DNA of 44,521 nucleotides from Christensenella sp. UBA3770. Lineage in GTDB: Bacteria; Bacillota; Clostridia; Christensenellales; CAG-1252. The translations under genes and the position numbers were made by a program. The notes below the pieces were generated by a model that saw only the letters and a list, made by a program, of their open reading frames with translations, searched no databases and was not told the DNA's origin. This document shows, in pieces, positions 19,516 to 29,452 of this stretch; the stretch's first letter is position 1; each line of letters starts with the position of its first letter. The stretch lies in NCBI GenBank assembly GCA_002371075.1, contig DFFS01000090.1, positions 1-44,521 of the forward strand, in the 5' to 3' direction.

Positions 19516-22500
19516 ATGAGGTTGGTTTGGAGCAAAAACAAAAAAGGTGCGGCTTTGGTCTATGCGATCATGGTCCTCTTGCTCTTGGCCACCGTCATCG
19601 TCGCGCTTACTGCGCTTTCCACCGCCAGCTATACCGACGCGGTGCTTGCCGTTTCGGATGATCAAAGCTATTACTATGCAAAATCCATCGGTCTTGCCGT
19701 CAAAGAACAGTTTAAAGACGGCTACAACATCGCCCGCATTCTTGCCAGTTTGGATGAGCAGGAAGCCATGCGGGCAAACAACAAAGACGATTGTCCCGAT
19801 CCCAAGGTCACCGGCACCTTTAACATCGCAAACAAAAACGGCGGTTTGGTGGAGGGCACGGTGCAGATCCGCTATGCAAGGGACGAGGACGACAACGTCA
19901 ATACGCACATCATCGAGGTGCGCTCCGCTTGCGTGGTCAACAATTCCGTCGCGGCTGTCACTTCCATCTTCAGCTGTGAAGATGAAACGGGAGACGAGCT
20001 GAACTATTTAAAGGAGGCTCTTACCGATTACGACGTGATCCTTACCGACACCAACAACCTGAGCTTTGATTTTGCACAGTCATCCGATTCTTCTTCCAGC
20101 AAACTCAGCGTATACGTTTACGCGGGTGAAGACGACAACGTAACCAACCCTGTGTTTAATCTGGGTGTGGATCTGGCGGGCAAACTGACCACGACCGGCA
20201 AAACGACGATCTCAGCCACTTCTTATCGAAAGATAACGGGCAATTTGACGGGCTACGGAGATCTCACCTTAAACAACGTCGGCGTAGACGGCGGCAACGG
20301 CGTGCATTGCGACGGCGACGTTACACTCACGAACTTGGGCTTTGTTAAAAACAACATCTATGCAAGAGGCAAAGTTACTATCGGTGCGGTTCCTACCGAA
20401 TTAAACTGGTCTTACGTCAGCTCGTATGCGGATAGTTCGGGCGGCGGGTATACTTATGTCGCGCATCCGGATGGATGGAGCGCCTACCATTCCGCCAAAA
20501 ACATTTATGCCCAAGGCAACGTCAGCGTCGGCGCTAGGGCATGGGTCACAGGCAGTATTTATTCGCATGGCAATGTAACGGTAACGGGCAAGGGCGCCGT
20601 GGCTAGCGGCGCATATAATCTTGGCTATCATGCCGGCAATACTTTGGTTGAGGGTAGCATTTATTCCGAAGGGGATGTTATCATTGCAAATGGCGCCATC
20701 GTAAAAGGCAGCGTTTACGCAAACGGCAACGTCTACATCAAGCAGGGCGCAACCGTCGTCGGAAACGTTCAGTCGGTCAGCGGAAACGTATACGTATGGG
20801 GCAGCATTGTCGGCGCGCAGGTCAACTGCCCGAAAGGAACGCTTCAACTTAACAACGTCGGGGACGACCAGTTTTGTGCCTATCTTATTGAGTCCGAGCG
20901 TGATCCCAAGGGCAGGATCATCTTCGGCGGCATCGGCGTTTTCCAACCCAACGACACGATCTATAAGCACACCTGCAATACGCTTTCCACCGCAGACTGT
21001 GAGTTTATGTCTCAAATCAGGGGCAATCTTTACGTTGAAAACCCCACTTCGAGCGATTATACGCCGCTGCTTTCCATTTGGGCGCACGGGGCGATTTATC
21101 TCAACAATTCCACGGCGCGCTTTGTAAACAGTGCTGATCCGCACGGTTATCGCACCTATCACGGCGAAAACAGCGCGGGTAATCCGTACACGTACATTGC
21201 GGAACTGAATCAAAAATTGGATTTTTACGGAACGGCGGATAAGCCCTACGTCAAAATGTGGGGCGCGCATATCGTCACGTTAAACATCGGCAGCAAAAAG
21301 ACGTCACTTCTTGACGGGTATTTGTTTGATGGTTGGGTCGGCAACGTCAACGCGCGTTGTTTGTACCTTGCCGACATGCAGTTGGACGGATACGTTTTTG
21401 CTTCCCAATATTTGCAGGTTTGGGGGACCGGCAGCGCCTATACGACTGCAAACTACAATCGTGTAGTAAACGGTGAATCCAAAGCCTACACGTACGCCAG
21501 GGACGGTGTTGCGGGCAACGGCATCACCTACGCGCCGAATTATATCACGTTTGAAGTGGCATGTTTGGTGCCTTCTTATTCCGGCAAATTGCACGAGGAT
21601 AGGATCGGCTGTGATCTGTTGCAGCGTACGGAGTTGTATTGTTTGGTCAACGTCGGCTCGGAGGAGACCGATGAAACTGACAATTCTCGAGTTACCGTCG
21701 GAAGTGAGGATGCGCCTGGTACTACAAGGTTCTATGGCGGAATTAACGCATACGTAAAGAATTTCACAATTTCGGCAAGCGCACGTCTTTCCACCAAGCA
21801 AAACGCTACTGATCCCGGTACTTTGTATTCGGCAACCATTTTGGCGGAAGTGTTTAACCTGTTCTACGTGCAGCCATCGACAAGCGCCGGTTATTATCGC
21901 TACAATTCACTTGTCCAAGTCAAGGGCAATGCGTATATTGCGGGATGGTTGTACACCTTTGAGCATTTTGTCAGAGACGACGGTACGGGCACGTTTACCA
22001 ACGAACCGACCGCAAGGATCAAGGGCGTTTTCCGCAGTACGGGTACAACGCTGAACCTGCAGGGGACAGAGTGCTTTACCGACGTGGAGGCGACCAACAC
22101 AACTTCCGTTACAACGATGACGGGGACTTTGACCGTCAACTCTTTGAAACTGAACGGCAGTTTCAAAATGACGGACTCTTCGCACTCGTTGAAGGTCAAC
22201 GGGGATATGTACGTCAGAAATTGGGCGTCAAAAGTCTACTCTGCCGTCACGGTTACCGGCAAGTTGACGATCAACACCACTTCCGAAACGGATTGGACGC
22301 CTGCGATGGGCTTTGACGTCGGCGGTGACTTTTATCTTGGCAAGAACAATCTCGTCTTAAACAAGTCGTCGCATCAAGTCAAAGGAAAAGTGGAGACGAA
22401 GGGCAACATCACGATCAGCGGCGGCGCCACGATCTACGGCGCAAAAACCACGTCAAGCAAGACGCTTACGATCAGCGGGGGCAACTTAAAAGGGGATTTT

Positions 22501-25500
22501 GACGTCGGCACGTTTATTCTGAGCTCCGGTACGGCGGCGCGTGAATCCGTCAGGATCTACGGAAAAGCCGTTCAATACACGCATACCGGCGGCGCCATAA
22601 ATAGGGCGGACATTATTGTGACCGGCAACAGTCCTACGGCAGTCAGCATTACGGGCACTTCTTCCTCAAAACCCACGGCGGACAGCGTGTTTATCAATGC
22701 GGCTAACGGCGGCGCAAGCGTTACCGGCGGCTCCAACGTATCTTATACCACGGGGGCGCTGCGCGCTTATCTCAGTTCAACGATCGCTGCAGGTTTCCAA
22801 ATGGGCATTTCCATCCGAAACGGCAATTTGCAGATCGGTTCTACTAGCACTACTTCCGAAAGTTACAAGGTCGGCACCGTTCTCCAAAGCAGTGATCCGG
22901 ATAGCGATGCTTATCGCATCATCTACGCAAGCGGCAACATCGATTGGGGCTATGGCGCGCGCGCTACTTATGACAATACCGTAATGTACTGTGACCTGAC
23001 GCGTATCAGCGCCGGCGGCAACATCACGATGGGCAGGTCAAACTATTTCGTTCCGGGCAGGTTCAGCGCCGCTCGTTCCGCAAACGGTTACGTGGAGCTC
23101 TACGTTGAAAAGATCGATGACGTTTATGCCAAAAATACTTCTTGGGTGCACGTTTCCAACGCGCTCGGTATGAGTGCAAACAGCGATACGGCAGGGTTCA
23201 AAGTTATCAGCGGAGACGCTTACGTCTACGGGAAAACGGGCTCCGAGTATTTGCGCGGACACAATCAAGCAAGCGGTGTCTTCCACGTTATGACGCAGAT
23301 CAACGCAGAGGGCTGTTTGATCAAGTGCCAAAACATTGATGGGCTCGGCAATTTCAAAAACGATTCCGATGGGTGCAAGCCCATTTCGTTAAGGTTGACA
23401 AATCCCCCCAAAACGGACGGTTACTATGAGTTGACCTCTTCCATCGCAGGCGCTTTCACGGTGGAACAAAGCAATTTGAAGTATGCTTATCCCGTAAAGG
23501 TCAAAGGTGAGCTTTGCGTGCCGGACGGCATCATCCTTTACAAAAAGAACGGTGCTTCTTCGTATAGCTCGGAGGATCTGCAGTGTCTTGGCGGCTTGCG
23601 CTGCAACAACGAGAAGGTCAACATCACAAGCGACTTTAAGGGCAACGTGCATCTTCCCAACGTCACCACGCTTAAACTCAATGCGGACGTTGGTGTCAAC
23701 GCGCCCAAAGTCACCAACTTTGAGCTGAACATCAACATCACGCATTCACTGAACCTCAGTTCCTGCAATACGTTGACCATTGCTGCCGGTAGGACGGTAA
23801 GCGGTTCTGTTATCATCAAAAGCAGTGGCAGGATCATAAACAACGGCACGATCGGCGAGTCGGTGCAATGCGGCGTTTATGAGGGCAGCGGCACGGTTGG
23901 CAAAGATCTTATTACGCTCAATAGCAGTGATACCAGTTCCATCACCGGCGCCGGTAAAGTTACCGGAAACATTTGGACAAAGGGTAGTATCAACATCAAT
24001 TCGACAGGGACTTTCGGCAAGTCGGGTAGCTATATTTATTCTCAAAAGAACATTACGATCGAAAACGCCAAATTTACCAGCGGAATGAATTATATCATGT
24101 CTTCCGGCGGATATATTTTGATGACCAACTGCGCGGGGTTTGTCCCCAAGGTTTATAACACAAGCGGGTACATTCGTTTTATCAACACGTCGGAAGCGAA
24201 TCGTTCTTTGATCGCCGGCATCGTAAGCACCGGTACATTTATCGATTTCGGCGAAACGGATAATTCCGATGGTACCGGGTATCAAACCGTTACGGGAGCG
24301 TTGCACTGGGACGGCAATTACAGCGGCAATGCGGTGGATTTCCGCAACGGCGCTCACACCATCATCCAGGGCGCCGCAAAGTTGATCGGTACGGGCAACG
24401 TTGCTCTTCGCAAGGCAACGCTCAGCGCGCTTACTCTTGCAAACAGCGGTACCGTAAGCTCCGACAGTGCGTGCACGATCGCCAACTTGTGGATCGCGTC
24501 TGCCGTCACATCTGTGAACATTAGCGGAAAAGTCACGGGTAACGTGACCTATTCGTGCAACAGTGGGAGTTCCGGCACGGTGGTAACTCTTGGTAACGTT
24601 GGCGGTTACATTGAAGGAAACGGTTGTAAATCAATTACCGTAAACGGGACGGTCGGTTCGTACGTCAACGCAAGGGGTGCGACAAATCTTACGTTGAACA
24701 AAGCTGTCAGCAGCTACGTTACGATAACAAACGGAACGCTTACGACCAATGAGAACGCCACGATCGGTGGCAACCTGCGCGGATACGATGCAAATATGTA
24801 TATCAACGCCGACGTGGGCGGCTACGTTTTGCACACGGCGCACAACATTTCGTCCTCCTATCCGATCAAAACCGTCGTTCTCGGCAACCAGAAGAAAGAG
24901 ATAAGCGTCGGAGGCAAGATCACCGTTCACGGCAAATTGGTGGATAACAGCAAACAGACGGTGGCAAACAGCGAGATCTTCTGTAAAGGTACGTATTATG
25001 CCGATTTGATGAAGAGTTTTGCCAATTGCAAAAAACTGAACTTCACCACCGAAGCGGGCGGCCCCTGTGTGATCGTCGGGGCAAAAGGCAACGATTGGAC
25101 CATCAACACCGAAATCAACGTCATCGGTCGTTTTGCCGTTTATACCGTTTGGAATGAAAAGGACAACGCCTATTACAAGGTTACTTTCACAAAGCAGGTC
25201 AAGGCAAATTCCCTTGTCATCAACAGCAAACCGGCAGAAGCTCTTGGGTATTCGGATGGCTTCTTACGGGCAGCTCCGCAAAGCAAGGTGATCCGCTATA
25301 CCAAAAACGAAAACAGCGGCAAAGCGCAAGGTTTGGACAAACACGCTTGGATGGAGGATTTGGTTACTTGCTCCGCCACTTGGACGGACATTTATTACGA
25401 CGCGCTTACCGACGTTGCAACAAGTAAGGAATTGGTTGTTTTCAACAAGCCTGTTTATATTTCGATCAACGACTCGTACGGTTACAACGGCACCGTTCAT

Positions 25501-28287
25501 ATTGCCAACACAAAGTTTGCTTCGGGCAGCACGCTTTATAGCGACGGGCAGACCTGTATGAAGTATTGCTGTCTGTACTCGAAAGGGTGGTCATCTGCTA
25601 CCAAGCACTGCACCGTCCCCGCCAGTCCCAACGGTCTTTACGTTACGTTCTTGCAGCAAGGGTATCCGGCGTTTGAGTTTGACGGCTCAATGTTTGTGCA
25701 TTGCTATCGTGAAGGCGGTGATAACTACTTCAGTAACGTAACGACCAATTCTCACGTTGGCATTTATTTGGGCAACAACTACATTTTGGATAATTCCGAG
25801 TTTAAAGGATGTACCGTAACGGACACATCCGGCTACTATGGTCACACTGCCACGGTGCTGATGTATTTTGGAAAAAGCACCTTCTTTGACAGTGGGGCTC
25901 ATATTTTGACGGCGGCAGATCTTGGTGTCGATCTTCCGGCTGCACGTACCATCGTTTGGGTTAATACGGGGACGCTTTTCGTCGGCACCAACAGTTACAT
26001 CGGAAACAACAGCAGAAAGAGCAAATCGCCAAACTATGCAAACTTAAACACAAACCGCTATTCTTTCCACCCGGGTATATTTGTTTCGGAAAATTCTACC
26101 GAAAACGTTTCTTATAAAGCTGCAAACGGCACTACGTACAGCTGTGAAAAAGGCAGTATAGAAGTGGTGGGTAGCGTAACTTTGGATATCATGGCTTACC
26201 GAGCGATCAATATATGGAAAGACGGCGTTGTGGTTGCCAAAGAATACAGTTCTACGAAAGACAAAAAGTACAAGGCAGGGCTCTACGTTTCTACAGGCTA
26301 TGTTTGGATGCAAAAGTCGGATGGCGGTTGGGCAAAAGGTGAGAGCAATCCTTCCGGCGGCGGCTGGTTTGGTTTGTTTGACGCAACGTCGGGCGGCAGA
26401 AACTATCACGTAAAAAACGACAACAGCCAAGTGACCGACGCAACCGCGTATGTCCCGAATGGGGAAGGATATGCCGCTCAAATAAGAAGGAGGTACACCT
26501 CCACCGCAGACGCCAATGCATGGTGTTACACGCCGTGGGCGGATATTCCCTGGGCATTCCACGGCGCAAATACTGACCAGCGTTATTCGACGGGTGTCGG
26601 CTCAACGAATATGACTGCAACCGCAGGTACTTTAAACGTAACGATCGGTCAGCAAGTTGATAGCATTCCGTCCAATCCTTCGCAGCCCACAATCAGCGCA
26701 AGCGGCGGTTTGAACACCAACGGTGACGCGTCGGTCAACCCCTTAAACGTTAACAACGTAAACCAGCCAGAAGGCCCCGCCACCGCAAGACCCGATGAAA
26801 AATCGATCTCTGCTTCAAAAGCGTCTGCCCCTGCGTCAAGTTTGACTTTTGCGGGTGGGAAGGCAAATGCCTCTACGTTGGTTTGGTCAAACCCCGGTTA
26901 CAGTCCTTCAGGCGTGACGCCAAAGCATCCCTCGGCGGAATGGACGTCTTCTATCAAAAAGCATTTTGACAAGACGGAGGAGCAATATTGGAACACGCGT
27001 TATATCCCATACGTCTGGAAGTTGCCATACTATGACGCAAGTGGAAACTCTACGTATGCAAAAAAGGTGCTCAAGAGTCAATCTGCTGACATAGAGGTCA
27101 ACGGGCATATGATGCTAAAACAAACTTCTTCCACCGGTTACTACACCAATCAAGCGCAGTATTCCGGCAGTAGTTTGGCAGGGAAGGCGGGCAGCATTTT
27201 CGGTTGGCGCTCCAGTGGCGTTGCGGATAAAGCCGCGCTGTATGATTTCCTTGTTCTCAACAGTTATCCCGAGTGGGACGGCCCCTTTGACAAAGATCCC
27301 GATCACAAACGACGGACCAAGATCTTGGTGTTTGAAAGCGGTGAATTGCCGTATTCCGCGTTCTTTATGGGCGGCGGGACCGGCAGTGAAGACTATGCAA
27401 GCTGGTATGGCGCGTCATCAAACAAAACCATTCGGACCTCCAAGCAAAAAGCCTGGAAGCTTGGCGATCCGGACGTAAGCTTCTACGACGGCAGTTTGGT
27501 TTTCTACACCTGTGCGGATCCGTCAAATCCGTACGGAAGCGCGGCAAAGGACCTCCACATCGTGTTGCCGCAAGGCATCGGCTTTGACTTTGTCGTGGAT
27601 GCGGAAAACACCGTTACCGTGGTTGGCAATGGTAGGTTGTTCCTGTATTTGACCAGCGGCGACACCATCTACTTCCGTGCCAAAGCAACGGATAGCGTTT
27701 ACGCCAATCCGGTGGGTGGCTTAAAGGATAACGGCAACGGTACCTATTCGCCTTTGATGTACATCATCGGCGCAGGTACAAACATCGACCTTTACATCGA
27801 CCGTATGGCGCTCAGTGCGTTTGTCTACATGCCGTTTGGCTCCACGAGTGAGTTGTACGATTACACCAATGGGTCGTTAAAGCAGTACAACACCTTTAAG
27901 AACGCAAACGGATCCACGTTCAGCTCTTTGTACAGCGGCACCGGGCAAACCACGACCGTTGGCAGAAACACCCTGCATATGCTGTGGGACGGCTCCGCAG
28001 GCAACGCCAGAAACGTTTGCGGCACCATCGTCGCGGATAAGTTTGATTACGTTGCTTCCTCCAATTGCTTGAACTTCAAGAATTACTCTGATTCTTCCAG
28101 GACAAACAGAGCTATCGTGCCCGATTTCAGTGATACAAAGATCTATGATCGTAGCACAAAGAACGGCAGTTCCACAAAACTCGGGTCCTACAAGACCTAC
28201 TCGCTGGCAACCTTCTTGACCAACGCGCCAAACTATTCCACCTCGCTCCTCAATTGGGAGTATAAAGGGATCAAAGTGGAGGGATAA
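19516..28287 (+). CDS. Giant PilX/PilK/GspK-type minor pilin with very long predicted beta-solenoid (~2,923 aa)
   Basis: ATG 19516 sits 6 nt after RBS GGAGGTG (preferred to GTG 19507). Class III signal KNKKG|AALVYAIMVLLLL lacks Glu5. DQSYYYAKS PilX-type motif. Repeated G(N/S)IY(A/S)xGxVxI beta-helix rungs. C-terminal FVYMP...GTIVADKF solenoid end and terminal W-containing strand (NWEYKG). Confidence 0.82.
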   Translation: MRLVWSKNKKGAALVYAIMVLLLLATVIVALTALSTASYTDAVLAVSDDQSYYYAKSIGLAVKEQFKDGYNIARILASLDEQEAMRANNKDDCPDPKVTGTFNIANKNGGLVEGTVQIRYARDEDDNVNTHIIEVRSACVVNNSVAAVTSIFSCEDETGDELNYLKEALTDYDVILTDTNNLSFDFAQSSDSSSSKLSVYVYAGEDDNVTNPVFNLGVDLAGKLTTTGKTTISATSYRKITGNLTGYGDLTLNNVGVDGGNGVHCDGDVTLTNLGFVKNNIYARGKVTIGAVPTELNWSYVSSYADSSGGGYTYVAHPDGWSAYHSAKNIYAQGNVSVGARAWVTGSIYSHGNVTVTGKGAVASGAYNLGYHAGNTLVEGSIYSEGDVIIANGAIVKGSVYANGNVYIKQGATVVGNVQSVSGNVYVWGSIVGAQVNCPKGTLQLNNVGDDQFCAYLIESERDPKGRIIFGGIGVFQPNDTIYKHTCNTLSTADCEFMSQIRGNLYVENPTSSDYTPLLSIWAHGAIYLNNSTARFVNSADPHGYRTYHGENSAGNPYTYIAELNQKLDFYGTADKPYVKMWGAHIVTLNIGSKKTSLLDGYLFDGWVGNVNARCLYLADMQLDGYVFASQYLQVWGTGSAYTTANYNRVVNGESKAYTYARDGVAGNGITYAPNYITFEVACLVPSYSGKLHEDRIGCDLLQRTELYCLVNVGSEETDETDNSRVTVGSEDAPGTTRFYGGINAYVKNFTISASARLSTKQNATDPGTLYSATILAEVFNLFYVQPSTSAGYYRYNSLVQVKGNAYIAGWLYTFEHFVRDDGTGTFTNEPTARIKGVFRSTGTTLNLQGTECFTDVEATNTTSVTTMTGTLTVNSLKLNGSFKMTDSSHSLKVNGDMYVRNWASKVYSAVTVTGKLTINTTSETDWTPAMGFDVGGDFYLGKNNLVLNKSSHQVKGKVETKGNITISGGATIYGAKTTSSKTLTISGGNLKGDFDVGTFILSSGTAARESVRIYGKAVQYTHTGGAINRADIIVTGNSPTAVSITGTSSSKPTADSVFINAANGGASVTGGSNVSYTTGALRAYLSSTIAAGFQMGISIRNGNLQIGSTSTTSESYKVGTVLQSSDPDSDAYRIIYASGNIDWGYGARATYDNTVMYCDLTRISAGGNITMGRSNYFVPGRFSAARSANGYVELYVEKIDDVYAKNTSWVHVSNALGMSANSDTAGFKVISGDAYVYGKTGSEYLRGHNQASGVFHVMTQINAEGCLIKCQNIDGLGNFKNDSDGCKPISLRLTNPPKTDGYYELTSSIAGAFTVEQSNLKYAYPVKVKGELCVPDGIILYKKNGASSYSSEDLQCLGGLRCNNEKVNITSDFKGNVHLPNVTTLKLNADVGVNAPKVTNFELNINITHSLNLSSCNTLTIAAGRTVSGSVIIKSSGRIINNGTIGESVQCGVYEGSGTVGKDLITLNSSDTSSITGAGKVTGNIWTKGSININSTGTFGKSGSYIYSQKNITIENAKFTSGMNYIMSSGGYILMTNCAGFVPKVYNTSGYIRFINTSEANRSLIAGIVSTGTFIDFGETDNSDGTGYQTVTGALHWDGNYSGNAVDFRNGAHTIIQGAAKLIGTGNVALRKATLSALTLANSGTVSSDSACTIANLWIASAVTSVNISGKVTGNVTYSCNSGSSGTVVTLGNVGGYIEGNGCKSITVNGTVGSYVNARGATNLTLNKAVSSYVTITNGTLTTNENATIGGNLRGYDANMYINADVGGYVLHTAHNISSSYPIKTVVLGNQKKEISVGGKITVHGKLVDNSKQTVANSEIFCKGTYYADLMKSFANCKKLNFTTEAGGPCVIVGAKGNDWTINTEINVIGRFAVYTVWNEKDNAYYKVTFTKQVKANSLVINSKPAEALGYSDGFLRAAPQSKVIRYTKNENSGKAQGLDKHAWMEDLVTCSATWTDIYYDALTDVATSKELVVFNKPVYISINDSYGYNGTVHIANTKFASGSTLYSDGQTCMKYCCLYSKGWSSATKHCTVPASPNGLYVTFLQQGYPAFEFDGSMFVHCYREGGDNYFSNVTTNSHVGIYLGNNYILDNSEFKGCTVTDTSGYYGHTATVLMYFGKSTFFDSGAHILTAADLGVDLPAARTIVWVNTGTLFVGTNSYIGNNSRKSKSPNYANLNTNRYSFHPGIFVSENSTENVSYKAANGTTYSCEKGSIEVVGSVTLDIMAYRAINIWKDGVVVAKEYSSTKDKKYKAGLYVSTGYVWMQKSDGGWAKGESNPSGGGWFGLFDATSGGRNYHVKNDNSQVTDATAYVPNGEGYAAQIRRRYTSTADANAWCYTPWADIPWAFHGANTDQRYSTGVGSTNMTATAGTLNVTIGQQVDSIPSNPSQPTISASGGLNTNGDASVNPLNVNNVNQPEGPATARPDEKSISASKASAPASSLTFAGGKANASTLVWSNPGYSPSGVTPKHPSAEWTSSIKKHFDKTEEQYWNTRYIPYVWKLPYYDASGNSTYAKKVLKSQSADIEVNGHMMLKQTSSTGYYTNQAQYSGSSLAGKAGSIFGWRSSGVADKAALYDFLVLNSYPEWDGPFDKDPDHKRRTKILVFESGELPYSAFFMGGGTGSEDYASWYGASSNKTIRTSKQKAWKLGDPDVSFYDGSLVFYTCADPSNPYGSAAKDLHIVLPQGIGFDFVVDAENTVTVVGNGRLFLYLTSGDTIYFRAKATDSVYANPVGGLKDNGNGTYSPLMYIIGAGTNIDLYIDRMALSAFVYMPFGSTSELYDYTNGSLKQYNTFKNANGSTFSSLYSGTGQTTTVGRNTLHMLWDGSAGNARNVCGTIVADKFDYVASSNCLNFKNYSDSSRTNRAIVPDFSDTKIYDRSTKNGSSTKLGSYKTYSLATFLTNAPNYSTSLLNWEYKGIKVEG

Positions 28288-28289
28288 CG

Positions 28290-28670
28290 ATGAAAAAGTT
28301 TTTGTCCTTCTTAAGAAAGTGTAAAAAAGGATTCACGTTGATGGAGTGCGTCTGCGCGATCGCCGTCGTCGGATTGCTTTCCGCCGTCATTCTTCCTTTG
28401 ACGGCGTCGGCGATCCGTTCTATGCGCGCCTCGGATACCCTTCGCACGGTCGCGGCGAGTGCTTCCGCCAAAAATGCCTCCGTAACTACGGATAAAAACA
28501 ACAACAGCGAAACGTTGTACGTGACCATCAATTATAAGAATTTAAGCGGTATGAAGGCGGAAAGCGCGTTTATGTTTACAAAGACAAGCGCATCGGAAGA
28601 TTATTACAATGTTTCCGTCACGTATTACGACTTAAAGTACGGCAAAGAAACGGAGGATCCCAAAAAGTAA
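28290..28670 (+). CDS. Minor type IV pilin (PilV/GspI-like)
   Basis: KCKKG|FTLMECVCAIAVVGLL prepilin cleavage/methylation motif with Glu5; 126 aa; 2 nt after the giant pilin. Confidence 0.88.
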   Translation: MKKFLSFLRKCKKGFTLMECVCAIAVVGLLSAVILPLTASAIRSMRASDTLRTVAASASAKNASVTTDKNNNSETLYVTINYKNLSGMKAESAFMFTKTSASEDYYNVSVTYYDLKYGKETEDPKK

Positions 28671-28671
28671 T

Positions 28672-29451
28672 ATGCTGTTTGCAAGATGGAGGATAAGCAA
28701 GAATAAAAAGGGCATCACCCTTGTGGAAATGATCGCGGCGATCGCCATCACCGCCATTCTTGCGTCCGTCCTCTCTATGATGATCGTCCCCGTGATGAAT
28801 TCCTATCGCAACGCAAGCACAAAGGCGGAGCTTCAGCAGGCGGTGACCGGACGCTTAAACGACGTTGCACTGCATTTAAGGGGCGCAACGGGCGTGTACG
28901 TTACAAGCAATCCAAAGTCGTTTCCGGAAACCAACGTCAGCATTGACCAAGGGAAGGGGACCAAATACTTTGAAGCAAAATTCGGCATTGCGCTCTTCAA
29001 CTGCTATCAAAACTCCGCAGGTGGCAAGTATTTGTATCCCGAGCTCAGATGGAACGATTACGATGACGTCACAAACAACAAAGCGGCGCAGTATTATGCG
29101 GGCAGTTATACACCCAGCTTAAAACTTGCTTCGGATGATTTCCAAACGGATCAGTTTTATTGTCCCGATCAATATTCTTTCTATTTTTACGTCAGAAGCA
29201 ATCCGGATGGCGGCGGGCATTCCAACGTTTTGGAAGTGCATTTGCTTGTGAAAAAGGGCAACGTGTCGTATGAAGGGAGCAAAACCATCGTTTGTGACAA
29301 TTTGGTCATAAAAGGGGAGGACATTTACACTTGCCAATTTGAATGGAAAAACAATCAGTGGACGCATCCGAATAAAGCCACCGTTTCAACGGGGGAGGAC
29401 GCCTCCAAGTGGAAGAAGTATTATTCCGTTTGGTTCTCGAGGGACGTATGA
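28672..29451 (+). CDS. Minor type IV pilin (PilW/GspJ-like)
   Basis: KNKKG|ITLVEMIAAIAITAIL motif with Glu5; long N-terminal helix ending HLRGA; 259 aa. Confidence 0.88.
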   Translation: MLFARWRISKNKKGITLVEMIAAIAITAILASVLSMMIVPVMNSYRNASTKAELQQAVTGRLNDVALHLRGATGVYVTSNPKSFPETNVSIDQGKGTKYFEAKFGIALFNCYQNSAGGKYLYPELRWNDYDDVTNNKAAQYYAGSYTPSLKLASDDFQTDQFYCPDQYSFYFYVRSNPDGGGHSNVLEVHLLVKKGNVSYEGSKTIVCDNLVIKGEDIYTCQFEWKNNQWTHPNKATVSTGEDASKWKKYYSVWFSRDV

Positions 29452-29452
29452 T

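Noticed and set aside
29339-29452. 38-aa N-terminal extension of PilD in the ORF track
   Set aside because: It overlaps the pilW-like gene; ATG 29453 gives a normal hydrophobic PilD N-terminus.
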